A stretch of DNA of 64,000 bases from contig JABIHA010000035.1 in the NCBI GenBank assembly GCA_018649885.1, positions 1 to 64,000 of the forward strand, given 5' to 3'. Positions within the stretch are counted from its first letter, which is position 1. Each line of letters opens with the position of its first letter. Under the pieces are notes generated by a model. That model was given only the letters and a program-made list of their open reading frames with translations, did no database searches and was not told the DNA's origin. The DNA is from Bacteriovoracaceae bacterium. GTDB taxonomy: Bacteria; Bdellovibrionota; Bacteriovoracia; Bacteriovoracales; Bacteriovoracaceae. Both the position numbers and the translations under genes were made by a program. Positions 37,476 to 47,239 of this stretch are shown here, in pieces.

Positions 37476-38699
37476 ATGCTTAAAAAAATAACATTACTTT
37501 TTATTTTTGTTTCTTCTATGAATTTATTCTCTCATGAAGTTAAACTTGGAATCGATCGTCTACAAAACCCTGAGATTTTAAAAAGTTTAGAAGGTAAGCG
37601 AATTGGAATGCTGATTCACAGGGCCTCAATCAACTCTGAAGGGAAACACTTGATTGATCTAGTTAGCGAAAGTGAATTACTAAAGGGCTCTTTAATATTT
37701 ACTCCTGAACACGGACTTCGTGGCGAGGGAGATGATTTTATGGAAGATGGTGTAGATCAAAAATCAAAGCTTCCTTATTACTCGCTTTATACAAAAAAAA
37801 GAAAGGGACCTTTAAAAGAGCATTTAGATAAAATTGATGTATTACTTGTAGACCTTCAAGATGTGGGGGTGAGATATTATACCTACGTTTCAACTCTCTC
37901 ACTAGTTCTTGAAAAGATAAGCTCCTTCAAATCAAAGGTGAAAGTCATTGTACTCGATAGACCCAATCCCATTGGAGGAGAAGTTGTATCAGGTCCAATA
38001 CTAAGTGAATCCCTCATAGGTCCATTAATGGCCTATCTTCCAATTCCTTTTCAGCATGGAATGACTATTGGAGAGCTAGGAGAGTATATAGTTCAATTAA
38101 AAAAATTAGAGGTTGATTATTCAGTGGTAAAAATGAAAGGGTGGCACAGACAGATGAAATGGTCTGATACCTCACTACTATGGACAGCCTCATCTCCTGC
38201 ACTTCCCTCTATATTGCAAGTGGAACTCTATTCATTATTTGGTCTGTTTGAGTCCTTTAATTTAGCAGTAGGCAGGGGAGTCACCAATGGAATGGCCTTT
38301 AAAATCTATGGAGCTCCTTGGATTGAAGGCCATCAAGCGAGTGCACTCGTAGAGAAATTGAATTCTCTCAATCTTTTTGGACTTAAGTTTTTTTCTGTTT
38401 CTTGGATTCCTACCAGAAGAGAATATCTAGGGCAAAATTGTCATGGCCTTAGAGTTGAGTATGATTCCACCATTCATTTATCAAATCCTTTCAAAATTAC
38501 TTGGGAAGTTGCCAGCACCTTGATTCAATTTTTTGGAGATAAGCTCCGCTTTAAAAGAACAACTCCACTTATGATAGGAGATGATCTTGTTTTTAGAGCG
38601 CTAGGGACTCAGAGTTTCTCATTTGCTAGGAGTTTATATGGTGATCAGTTATCTAAATTTAAAAGCGAGCGGCAGCGGTTTTTAATTTACCCAAATTAA
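37476..38699 (+). CDS. namZ: exo-beta-N-acetylmuramidase NamZ family (DUF1343)
   Basis: FTPEHGL, YSLY, DLQDVGVRYYTY, LDRPNPIGG, HGMTIGEL, VGRG. Confidence 0.9.
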   Translation: MLKKITLLFIFVSSMNLFSHEVKLGIDRLQNPEILKSLEGKRIGMLIHRASINSEGKHLIDLVSESELLKGSLIFTPEHGLRGEGDDFMEDGVDQKSKLPYYSLYTKKRKGPLKEHLDKIDVLLVDLQDVGVRYYTYVSTLSLVLEKISSFKSKVKVIVLDRPNPIGGEVVSGPILSESLIGPLMAYLPIPFQHGMTIGELGEYIVQLKKLEVDYSVVKMKGWHRQMKWSDTSLLWTASSPALPSILQVELYSLFGLFESFNLAVGRGVTNGMAFKIYGAPWIEGHQASALVEKLNSLNLFGLKFFSVSWIPTRREYLGQNCHGLRVEYDSTIHLSNPFKITWEVASTLIQFFGDKLRFKRTTPLMIGDDLVFRALGTQSFSFARSLYGDQLSKFKSERQRFLIYPN

Positions 38700-38709
38700 G
38701 TAGAACTTG

Positions 38710-39552
38710 TCAGTGCGAACTAACCCACTGATTAATTTGTTCTACAACTTTTTCGGAGGATTTAATCCAACCAAAGTGGGCGGAACCCTGAAGCTCGGCA
38801 ATCATTAAATTATTATGGGTAGAATTTTTTGAACCTATTTTTGATATGAGAAGATCTACAGCTTTTGGTGGAGCGAAGATATCTCCTTTAATAGATATGG
38901 CCAAAATGGGGATGTCTAGATCTTTTAAACTTTGATCGTAATCTATCCCACAACCACTGAGTTTGTATCTCCCAGTTCTTCCATTAAATGACCAATCTCT
39001 CATGACAGAAACGGCTTCTTGTCCCCCAAAGCCTAATTTCCTTCCAGGGAAATGACCTACGATTTTTGAAATTTGGTAGGCCAAATGCGTTCCACCTAAT
39101 ATCGCTAGGTTTTTGGGGAAACTCCATCCTTTATAGTGAACTAGGCATGCTGCCACTAGGATTAGTCCCTTGGCACTCTTGGGATGTTGAGAGAGATAGA
39201 GCGCGCTGAGCTGACCGCCAAGGCTGTGGCCACATAGATACAGCGGAAGACCATCAAAAGTTGAACCAGCAAGCTCGACATACGCCGGCAGGTCATATTT
39301 TAGGAAGTGGGCGTAGCCGAAGTCCACATTTCTCCCGGGCCTAATACTACTTGAGTCGATTCCTCTAAGCTCGAAATTGATTACATGAAATCCTGCTTCT
39401 GACAATTTCTGGGCAAATGGACGGTATAGCTTTCTAGGAACTCCCATGGCCGGAAGGCAAACAATGACACCTTTTGGGTTTTCACAAGACGAGCGGAAAA
39501 TCTCAGCAATTGAGCTGGCACCATCGTGAGATACTACTTTGACTTCTTCCAT
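38710..39552 (-). CDS. alpha/beta hydrolase (COG4757-like)
   Basis: PAMGVPRKLY, GHSLGGQ, AHFGW. Confidence 0.9.
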   Translation of the reverse strand: MEEVKVVSHDGASSIAEIFRSSCENPKGVIVCLPAMGVPRKLYRPFAQKLSEAGFHVINFELRGIDSSSIRPGRNVDFGYAHFLKYDLPAYVELAGSTFDGLPLYLCGHSLGGQLSALYLSQHPKSAKGLILVAACLVHYKGWSFPKNLAILGGTHLAYQISKIVGHFPGRKLGFGGQEAVSVMRDWSFNGRTGRYKLSGCGIDYDQSLKDLDIPILAISIKGDIFAPPKAVDLLISKIGSKNSTHNNLMIAELQGSAHFGWIKSSEKVVEQINQWVSSH

Positions 39553-39577
39553 AACTTCTCCTGAAAAGAGTTTACCT

Positions 39578-40339
39578 TTAATCAGAGAAAAATTGAACTA
39601 CAGAATTGGTAATGGCGGTTGCAAGGAGCTTTAATCTAAGAGATCGTTTTATGGGGTCAACTAGGTTTTTAACTTCCTGTGCCTGGTTGTAATAGAATCC
39701 CTCAACAAGAGCGTGGGTGGTATCAGGAAAGTTCTTTGTTAGGTACAACTCGCGCCCATAAACACCGTCCTCATGGAGATCACTATCCCACCACCAACCT
39801 GGTCTTTCATCAATCCCGATTTCGAGTTTACTCGATATTTCATTTGTAATGCTTTGGCCTAGCTCTTTTGAGTTTTCAAAGGATAAGGCATTTTCGTCTT
39901 TTGTGATAAATACTTTTGCACTTTGAGTGATGCTATCATTGGGATAATGGGCCCGGTCTTTTTTGTAAATTGTGTCAAAATGCAGCGATAAAAATAATTG
40001 AGGTTTTTTTGAAATGCTGTAATCATATCTTGCCTTTAAATCCCCACTCAATCCATCTTCTGGTTTTATATCTGCTACTGGAAGAAGCTTCGATCTAGTT
40101 AGAAATACTTCAGCTCCTAATTCTTTTAAAAGAGGAGAAAGTACCAGGGCCAATTCCAGTGTTAGCTCTCCTTCTGTAATCATTTGATCCTCATCTGTTA
40201 GGATATATTTTTTGGAGACTAAGGCCCACTCACTAGTCCCAATATGTCCTGGGTCGATGACAATAGTCTTACCAGAAAGGACTTCAGCTCTTAGCTGAAA
40301 ACAAAGCAATATAAAAAAGATACTGATAGAGATCTTCAT
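39578..40339 (-). CDS. exported N-acetylmuramoyl-L-alanine amidase (Amidase_3)
   Basis: IVIDPGH, EGELTL, VFLTR, FLSLH, LVEG; signal peptide. Confidence 0.85.
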   Translation of the reverse strand: MKISISIFFILLCFQLRAEVLSGKTIVIDPGHIGTSEWALVSKKYILTDEDQMITEGELTLELALVLSPLLKELGAEVFLTRSKLLPVADIKPEDGLSGDLKARYDYSISKKPQLFLSLHFDTIYKKDRAHYPNDSITQSAKVFITKDENALSFENSKELGQSITNEISSKLEIGIDERPGWWWDSDLHEDGVYGRELYLTKNFPDTTHALVEGFYYNQAQEVKNLVDPIKRSLRLKLLATAITNSVVQFFSD

Positions 40340-40413
40340 AGAATGAATTTGGCAATTTGGTCGCCGTTAGAAAAGACGCTGCGCTTCTTCAGCAATGGTG
40401 AAATATGTAAAAA

Positions 40414-41448
40414 CTATCTTATTGGTAAGGCAAACTGTTGTATGTTCCCGTCATCAGGATGCTGAATTTCTAAAATCACATTTCTATCTTTCATGTGGGG
40501 GTGATTAATCGCATCTTCAAGGGATAGCACTGGGGTAAAACAAGCATCAATATCACAGAAAATTTGCTCCCATTCACTTTGAGTTTTCTGGGCGATTTTG
40601 GATTTAATTTGCTGGTGCTGTTTTTCATCAACGCATAGATGATGTTCTGTCAGTTCAGGTAAGTCAATTCCCATGCAGAAACGATCCCAGAATTTTTGTT
40701 CAACAGCACCTAGTGCCATGTAGAGTTGGTCTTTTGTTTTATAGACGCAGTAGTTTGGATTTTTGCCTCCCAAAATATCGTATAATCCAGATTTTGGCGC
40801 TTGGAGATCTGCTAGTGCAAGAGGGGAGAGAAAAAGCATTCCCTCTAGCATTGAGACATCAAAGTAGCATGATTGTTTTTTTACTTTAGAAGAGAAAAGT
40901 CCTGTTAGTACTGCGATCACTGCCCAGAGAGATCCACCTGCAATATCTGCAAGCTGAGATTTTGGCACTGTTGGTCTGTTGTCTTCATCTAAAATTTGAC
41001 CAAGAAGACCTGAAAGCGCCAAGTAATTTATGTCGTGGCCTGCTTTTTTTGAAAGAGGACCAGTTTGCCCATACCCACTTATTGAGCAGTAAACAAGTTG
41101 GGGGTTTAACTCTTTTAATGTTTCGAAGTCAATCCCAAGACTCTTCACTACTCCGGGTCTAAAGCCTTCAATGACCACGTCTGATGATTTGACCAAATCG
41201 TAAAATACTTCAAGATCACCTCGGTCTTTGAGGTTGAGAGCTCGGTAGTTCTTATTGCGATTGAGAGTAAGAAAGCTATAGGAATTCTTATTTTTGATCG
41301 GAGGAATATGTCTGATGTAATCACCACTTTCTCTATCTTCAATTTTAATAATCTCTGCACCCAGATCACTTAAAATCGTTGTAGCGTAGGGTCCTGGCAG
41401 AAGTCTTGTAAGATCTAATACCTTGATGCCCTCTAGTATTTTATTCAT
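40414..41448 (-). CDS. CaiB/BaiF family CoA transferase / alpha-methylacyl-CoA racemase
   Basis: LDLTRLLPGP, LNRNK, EGFRPGV, GHDINY, ADIAGG. Confidence 0.92.
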   Translation of the reverse strand: MNKILEGIKVLDLTRLLPGPYATTILSDLGAEIIKIEDRESGDYIRHIPPIKNKNSYSFLTLNRNKNYRALNLKDRGDLEVFYDLVKSSDVVIEGFRPGVVKSLGIDFETLKELNPQLVYCSISGYGQTGPLSKKAGHDINYLALSGLLGQILDEDNRPTVPKSQLADIAGGSLWAVIAVLTGLFSSKVKKQSCYFDVSMLEGMLFLSPLALADLQAPKSGLYDILGGKNPNYCVYKTKDQLYMALGAVEQKFWDRFCMGIDLPELTEHHLCVDEKQHQQIKSKIAQKTQSEWEQIFCDIDACFTPVLSLEDAINHPHMKDRNVILEIQHPDDGNIQQFALPIR

Positions 41449-43529
41449 CTGATAAAACCCGTTTTCCCTTCATCAATTAATTTCGTTAAAAGGGTAGGTG
41501 GTGAGAATCGATCTCCAAATTGTGTGGCGAGATTAGCACATCTATTTTTAAATACGACAAGACCCTCGCTTTCAACATATCTGAGAGTGCCTCCTTTGCA
41601 GGCAGGAAATCCCCAACCAAGGATTGAGCCAACATCTCCGTCAGTAGCATTTTCCAAAATACCTTCTTCCAGACATTTAATGGATTCAATACATTGAATG
41701 GCCATGAGACGCTGTTTTAAAAGATCTTCATCGACTGGATTTTTACCACCAAAATGCTCAACTAGAAGGGGCGAGAGAATATTTTTACCATCACTTTGAT
41801 AATCGTAGAATCCACTAGATGATTTACGGCCTACTCTTTTTAATTCTTCTACAAAGAGTTTTATCGCCTCAAAGCAATTTTTATCAACAGATGCTTCACC
41901 TAGATCTTTAATCGTTTGGTTGTAAATATGGTGAATTAAATCTAGCCCAACTTCATCCGCTATTTTTAAGGGGCCAACAGGCATTCCAGACAATACTCCG
42001 GCCTTCTCAATATGCTCCGCTGGAACTCCTTCATGAAGTGCTCTGATTCCTTCGTTAATATAAGTGGTGAAAACTCTTGAAGTATAAAATCCTCTGCCAT
42101 CATTAACTACTATGGGAGTTTTTTTAATTTTCTTGACGTAGGCCAGGCAATAGTTAAGGGCGTGTTCACTACTTTTTTCTCCTTTAATGATTTCCACTAA
42201 TGGCATTTTATCTACGGGTGAGAAAAAGTGAAGGCCAATAAAATTATCTGGTCTCATTGATGCGGTTGCCAGCCCTGTGATAGGGAGAGTTGAAGTGTTA
42301 GAGGCAAATATTCCGGTTGAATCCATTACCGCTTCAGATTCTTTTGTGACAAGCGCTTTAAGTTCTCTATTTTCAATAACAGCTTCGATTACAAGGTCGC
42401 AACCGGCCATGATATTAGGATCTCCACTGGGAGTGATTAATGCTAATACCTTTTCTTTCTTAGATGGATCAAGTTTTTTTTGCTTTACGGCCTTTTCGAG
42501 GATTTTCTCTACTACCAATTTTCCTTTTTCAGCAGATTCTAAGTCACGGTCTTTGAGCATGCACTCTATTCCCGCCATCGCCGTGGCATGGGCAACTCCC
42601 GCACCCATCATGCCTGCTCCTAGTATGCCAACCTTTTTTGGAAGATTTTTGTACTCGGGTGATATTTTTCTTTTATTACAAAAGCCTATACCAAAAAATA
42701 GTGTGGTGATCATATTTTTGGCCTCTTTAGATAAGGCAAGTTCTGCAAAAGCATTTGCTTCAATTTTTATGGCCTCTTTCATTGTTGTTTTGAGGCCTCG
42801 TTCCAAGCAGTCTATAATTTTCAAGGGAGCAGGGTAGAGCCCGTGGGTTTTCTCCATCACCATTTTTCTGGTGACACATAGGGTGCTGTCAAGATTAGGA
42901 AATGAGCTTTTGTAGTTTTTGTCTACATTACCACTTAATAATAATTTTTTCGCGCTCTCTATCATGTGATCCATTGAGGGGCACAACTCAGTTATCAGGC
43001 CTAATTGGAGGGCCTTTTTTGGACCAATTTTTTTTCCTTCTAAAAGAAGTGGCAGTGAGGCTTCAAGCCCGATAATCCTTGGCAGTCTTTGAGTTCCTCC
43101 AGCTCCTGGTAAAAGGCCTAGAGTAACTTCTGGAAGACCTAATCGTAATTTGGGATGATCTACGGCAATCCGAACGTGACAGGCTAGTGCAACTTCAAGT
43201 CCTCCTCCAAGTGCCGTGCCATTAATGGCCGCAATGGAGGGAGTGCTGCTAGTTTCGATTTGTTCAAAAATGCAGTGAAGTCTCCACGAAATATTGTGGG
43301 TCTTTTCATAGTCATCTGCTTTTAAAATCATGGCCAGGTCGGCACCAGCAATAAACTCAGGCCTTCTTGAAGTGAAAATCACGCCTTTAGTTGTATCATC
43401 GCTATATATTTGGGGGATGGTTTTTTCAAGCTCGGTGAGTAGACCTTCGTGGATGACATTCATGGGCCTATCAGAAACATCAAATTCAACAATCACAATT
43501 CCATCATTTTCACGGGTAATATTAAGCAT
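41445..43529 (-). CDS. fadJ: fatty acid oxidation complex alpha subunit (enoyl-CoA hydratase/3-hydroxyacyl-CoA dehydrogenase)
   Basis: FIAGADL, LGGGLE, LPEVTLGLLPGAGG, GAGMMG, ASNTSTLPI, HFFSPV. Confidence 0.9.
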   Translation of the reverse strand: MLNITRENDGIVIVEFDVSDRPMNVIHEGLLTELEKTIPQIYSDDTTKGVIFTSRRPEFIAGADLAMILKADDYEKTHNISWRLHCIFEQIETSSTPSIAAINGTALGGGLEVALACHVRIAVDHPKLRLGLPEVTLGLLPGAGGTQRLPRIIGLEASLPLLLEGKKIGPKKALQLGLITELCPSMDHMIESAKKLLLSGNVDKNYKSSFPNLDSTLCVTRKMVMEKTHGLYPAPLKIIDCLERGLKTTMKEAIKIEANAFAELALSKEAKNMITTLFFGIGFCNKRKISPEYKNLPKKVGILGAGMMGAGVAHATAMAGIECMLKDRDLESAEKGKLVVEKILEKAVKQKKLDPSKKEKVLALITPSGDPNIMAGCDLVIEAVIENRELKALVTKESEAVMDSTGIFASNTSTLPITGLATASMRPDNFIGLHFFSPVDKMPLVEIIKGEKSSEHALNYCLAYVKKIKKTPIVVNDGRGFYTSRVFTTYINEGIRALHEGVPAEHIEKAGVLSGMPVGPLKIADEVGLDLIHHIYNQTIKDLGEASVDKNCFEAIKLFVEELKRVGRKSSSGFYDYQSDGKNILSPLLVEHFGGKNPVDEDLLKQRLMAIQCIESIKCLEEGILENATDGDVGSILGWGFPACKGGTLRYVESEGLVVFKNRCANLATQFGDRFSPPTLLTKLIDEGKTGFIR

Positions 43530-43535
43530 ACTGAC

Positions 43536-43574
43536 TCCAAGACTTTTTGATTAATTTAACCAAATAGTCTTGGA
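43536..43574. promoter_or_regulatory. 18-bp inverted repeat overlapping the SD of fadJ
   Basis: TCCAAGACTTTTTGATTA-ATT-TAACCAAATAGTCTTGGA (16/18); GGAG SD at 43535-43538 on minus strand. Confidence 0.6.
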
Positions 43575-43653
43575 AGTGGATATAGAGAAATGGCTGCGGT
43601 AAAGTTAGCTAAGGTGCCTCAGGTTTTATAGTACCCGAGTACGGAGCTCTGAA

Positions 43654-45576
43654 TTAGTCGTCTTTTTTAACGATAGTCAAAAGAGCTGGGGAGGCATCGT
43701 TCATGGTGCCACTGGACGCTTCACGTTTTACTAAAAAGGTAATAATATCTGCAGCATTAAGATTTAATAAAGGAAACACCAGGGAGCAAGTAGTCTCAAG
43801 TGAGCCTTGAGAATTTCTTTGATAATGAGTTTTACACTGGCCACCTGTGACGTCCCCTCCATTGACCTGGATATTAACAATGGGATTATTTCTACTCGAA
43901 CTTCCTAGTATTAAATGATCATTGTAGATCACCAGAAAATCTCCACCGGTAACGACAGTGATTTGATGGTTGGAAGCCGCTATATTGTGGGTGAACTCAG
44001 CTGCATCTTTATAGTAAGAAGTGTCCCACTGAACTTCTGAGCCAGCAATTGATGAGTTCCAATTGGTAGAGGCAACAGTTCTGACTCCACTTAGCGAGAT
44101 AATATCAGTAGGTGTTGCGTTGTCTATTTCTTCAATAAATAGTGAGCCCGTAGTACTAGTGGGAACATTCACATCATCAAAATCCGTTCCCTCGGCGAGG
44201 GCGCTAACTCTCATCACATTCCCGGTACTGATTCCTCTTGCTAAGGCACTAAAGTGAAGACTGGATTGGTCGTGACTGGCAGTACATCTGATATAGCCTT
44301 GAGAGGCATAGCCTCCGGTTATAGTTGCGGCATCGACTTGAAGTTGAAGCTGGGGTGCTCTTCTGTCATTTCCATCGGCTCCTGTACATCCAGCTCCTCC
44401 ATCAAGTGGCATATTGATAAATGTTAGATAGTCTTTAGTTGTGGAGTTTGTAATGGTAATTTCATCTGGAGCTGATGCATCATCATGGGCAAAAGGAGTA
44501 TCTTCAATAACTTCTGTCCACTCTACAACATCTGGTACGGCCAAATTTATTCCAAGGCCGCCGGCCGTGTTATCTCCCGTAGCATAAAAAATATTTCGGT
44601 CTTTTTTGATGTATTCTACATAAAGAGTGGCCGCAGTCGTAGTAACGGTTCCAGCTTGGTCCTTCAGTTGGACATAAACTTCAATATAATCCCCGGCCAC
44701 AATACCGGGAAGAACTATCGCCAAATGAAGTGAAGCCTCAGCGTGACCAGAGCTTTGTCTGATATACGATGGAGCAGTGAAGGCTTCAGTGATGGCAGTG
44801 CCATTTTTAAAAATAGTTCCTATAACAGATCTTCTTATTGCATCCACATCAGCAAGTGTTAGAGGCACAGTGAGTGAGACAAAATAATCTCCTGCATAAG
44901 TAAAGTTGAGCCTTTCTGGATTGGCCCCTCCTGTATCATTAGAAAAGTGGCAAGAGTCAACAGTTGAAGCTGACCATTTTATTTGATAAGCCGTGGCCTG
45001 ATTAAAATTTGTGGGATTTGCGGGAGCTAGAGTTTCAGTGGCCGTTAAATGGGCAATAGGGTGATCTGTGGGAATTTGCCAAGCTGCTGAGGCCACAGTA
45101 TTTGAAGCATTCCCGGCGTGATCAATGGCCTTAACAAGAGTGTAGTAATCTGTATTAGCGGATAGATTTTTAACTCCGCTTCCTGTCCACTGTACTGTAT
45201 TTGTGGCCGGGGCTTCTGTCACCACACCTTTAGTAAAGCTAAATCCTGAAATGATTCCGGCCTCTGTATTTGTGGTACTGAGGGCGGCTTCATAGCGATT
45301 GATACCAATACCAGCATCAGTTGATGAATCAAAAGTCGTTTTTTCTGACCTGTAAAGACAGGCCTCACTTTGGTGGGCCAGATTTGATGGATCAGTTGGA
45401 GCAGTTGTATCAGTTATAGTGGGAACTGCATTTGAAGCAGGAGAACCAGGAGCGGTCTGCCCAGCATCGCCACCAGCAGCGCCGCCACCTCCACCTGCAT
45501 TACAGGCATACAAAACCATTAGAAGACCTAAACACAATATATTGTGAATATAGTTTCTAACTATCAATGATTTCAC
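43654..45576 (-). CDS. surface lipoprotein: FN3-like domain + three tandem C1q/TNF-like beta domains
   Basis: LYAC lipobox, Gly linker, DTTAPTDP...YYTLVKAIDHAGN; three repeats of W-x(7-9)-F-x-[H/N]...I-x-[F/I/V]...DY/DF...SY[I/Q]R...S-L. Confidence 0.75.
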   Translation of the reverse strand: MKSLIVRNYIHNILCLGLLMVLYACNAGGGGGAAGGDAGQTAPGSPASNAVPTITDTTAPTDPSNLAHQSEACLYRSEKTTFDSSTDAGIGINRYEAALSTTNTEAGIISGFSFTKGVVTEAPATNTVQWTGSGVKNLSANTDYYTLVKAIDHAGNASNTVASAAWQIPTDHPIAHLTATETLAPANPTNFNQATAYQIKWSASTVDSCHFSNDTGGANPERLNFTYAGDYFVSLTVPLTLADVDAIRRSVIGTIFKNGTAITEAFTAPSYIRQSSGHAEASLHLAIVLPGIVAGDYIEVYVQLKDQAGTVTTTAATLYVEYIKKDRNIFYATGDNTAGGLGINLAVPDVVEWTEVIEDTPFAHDDASAPDEITITNSTTKDYLTFINMPLDGGAGCTGADGNDRRAPQLQLQVDAATITGGYASQGYIRCTASHDQSSLHFSALARGISTGNVMRVSALAEGTDFDDVNVPTSTTGSLFIEEIDNATPTDIISLSGVRTVASTNWNSSIAGSEVQWDTSYYKDAAEFTHNIAASNHQITVVTGGDFLVIYNDHLILGSSSRNNPIVNIQVNGGDVTGGQCKTHYQRNSQGSLETTCSLVFPLLNLNAADIITFLVKREASSGTMNDASPALLTIVKKDD

Positions 45577-45822
45577 TTGTCCTAAAAATTCAATAAGCGC
45601 TCTCCCATTGATAAAGCACCATTTTATCTCAACAACTATTTTAAAATGCTTCTGGTTTTAGACCATCCAGATTTTCAAACTTTACAGTAATCATCTTTTG
45701 TTTCATGCCTCTAAGTCCCCAATTCGCAGCTCAGGCCTAAGGGCCCCTAGCCACTAAAAAGAGGCATATTTGGTAAATTACTCTTAACTTGGGTTTAAGG
45801 TAATTCCCCCTCTGCTTAATTA

Positions 45823-45850
45823 ATATCGGCTTGAAGGTTAATTTTCTTTG
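45823..45850 (-). promoter_or_regulatory. sigma28/FliA-like promoter for the C1q-like lipoprotein
   Basis: minus strand CAAAG-N15-GCCGATAT. Confidence 0.55.
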
Positions 45851-45944
45851 TACTCTCTTTATTATTAGGAGGATTTTGCCTGTGGGAAGTGCTTGAAATT
45901 AAGGGGAGCTAAAATAGAGTAAAGCATAGATTTGGAGGAATATT

Positions 45945-47228
45945 TTGAACAAACTGTTTAAAAACCTGACCTTTTGGGTTCTGGTCTTTGGTATTTTTGG
46001 TTACGTACTAGCTTCTTTTATTGGAGACCCCGCTTGGGCCAAAGGTGCTGCTGATAGTGAGATCTATAATTTTATTCTCTTTTTAAAAACAGTGTTTCTC
46101 TCGCTTTTAAAAATGCTGATTGCTCCTATGATTTTCTTATCTCTAATGGGAGGGCTCCTCAATATTGGTGGCAAAGAAAAGCTTAAAACTATGGGGAAAT
46201 CTGTCATCATATATTACCTCTCAACTACTGCCATCGCGATTGTAATAGGGCTTGGGTGTGTGTTTTTTATTCACCCATGGGAGTCTGGAAGTTTAAAAAA
46301 TATGCAAGGTAGGGAGCAGACTAGTGTGATGGGTGGAAAGTATGTGAAGCCCAAAAAATATATTAGTGAAGGCTCGGATTCAATAATCTTGATCCTCAAA
46401 AAACTTGCTGAGCGGGCCTTTCAAAATCCTTTTGAGGCCCTGACAAATAATAATATTTTAGGAATCGCCACCATGAGCTTTCTCTTCGGGCTAGCGATGG
46501 TATTGACTCTCAAAAATGGCAGCTCCATTCCAGGTATGATTGAAGAGGCCAATCTGTTGATTCACACTATTTTAGGATGGGTGATAAAGACCACTCCTAT
46601 AGGAGTCTTTGCTATTGCATTTGATTTTCAGCTCAAGGCCACTGGATCGATTTTAACGGAGCTTCTCTCCTTTTTCCTTCTTGTGGTTGGGGCCACGCTT
46701 TTTCATGGCATAGTGGTACTGCCAACTATCGCTTATTTTTTTGGAGGGGTGGCACCTCTTACTTTTTTCAAGAAGGCCGCAAGGCCTTTACTAGTTGCAC
46801 TCTCAACTTCCTCATCGTCGGCCACACTGCCAGTAAGTATGTCCACTTGTGAGGAGGAGTTTGGGGTTAGCTCAGGTGTTTCGGGATTTGTTTTTCCACT
46901 AGGCGCTACTATGAATATGGATGGGACAGCGCTATTTGAGGGAATCGCTGCGATCTTTTTGGCGAATCTCTATGGAGTAGATCTCTCTGGCTTTTCAATC
47001 TTTATTATTTTCTTTATGTCGATGATTTCAAGTATTGGTGCTCCTGGGATGCCTTCTGGTTCAATGGCCGGTATGCAAATGGTGCTTTTGGGTGCGGGTA
47101 TTCCGCTTGAGGGAATAGGAATTCTTTTAGTGGTAGAAAGACCGCTTGATGCCATTAGAACTGCTGTCAACGTAGAAGGGGATATGATAGGCGCCTTGAT
47201 AGCACAGAAGCAATTAAAAGAAGTTTAA
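45945..47228 (+). CDS. dicarboxylate/amino acid:cation symporter (DAACS)
   Basis: LKMLIAP, STSSSSATLP, PLGATMNMDG, DAIRTAVNVEGD. Confidence 0.95.
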   Translation: MNKLFKNLTFWVLVFGIFGYVLASFIGDPAWAKGAADSEIYNFILFLKTVFLSLLKMLIAPMIFLSLMGGLLNIGGKEKLKTMGKSVIIYYLSTTAIAIVIGLGCVFFIHPWESGSLKNMQGREQTSVMGGKYVKPKKYISEGSDSIILILKKLAERAFQNPFEALTNNNILGIATMSFLFGLAMVLTLKNGSSIPGMIEEANLLIHTILGWVIKTTPIGVFAIAFDFQLKATGSILTELLSFFLLVVGATLFHGIVVLPTIAYFFGGVAPLTFFKKAARPLLVALSTSSSSATLPVSMSTCEEEFGVSSGVSGFVFPLGATMNMDGTALFEGIAAIFLANLYGVDLSGFSIFIIFFMSMISSIGAPGMPSGSMAGMQMVLLGAGIPLEGIGILLVVERPLDAIRTAVNVEGDMIGALIAQKQLKEV

Positions 47229-47239
47229 AGTACATTAAC

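Noticed and set aside
40340..40416. Premature stop in the CaiB/BaiF gene
   Set aside because: Protein looks slightly short, but the in-frame sequence after the stop shows no recognisable P-x-LGEH tail
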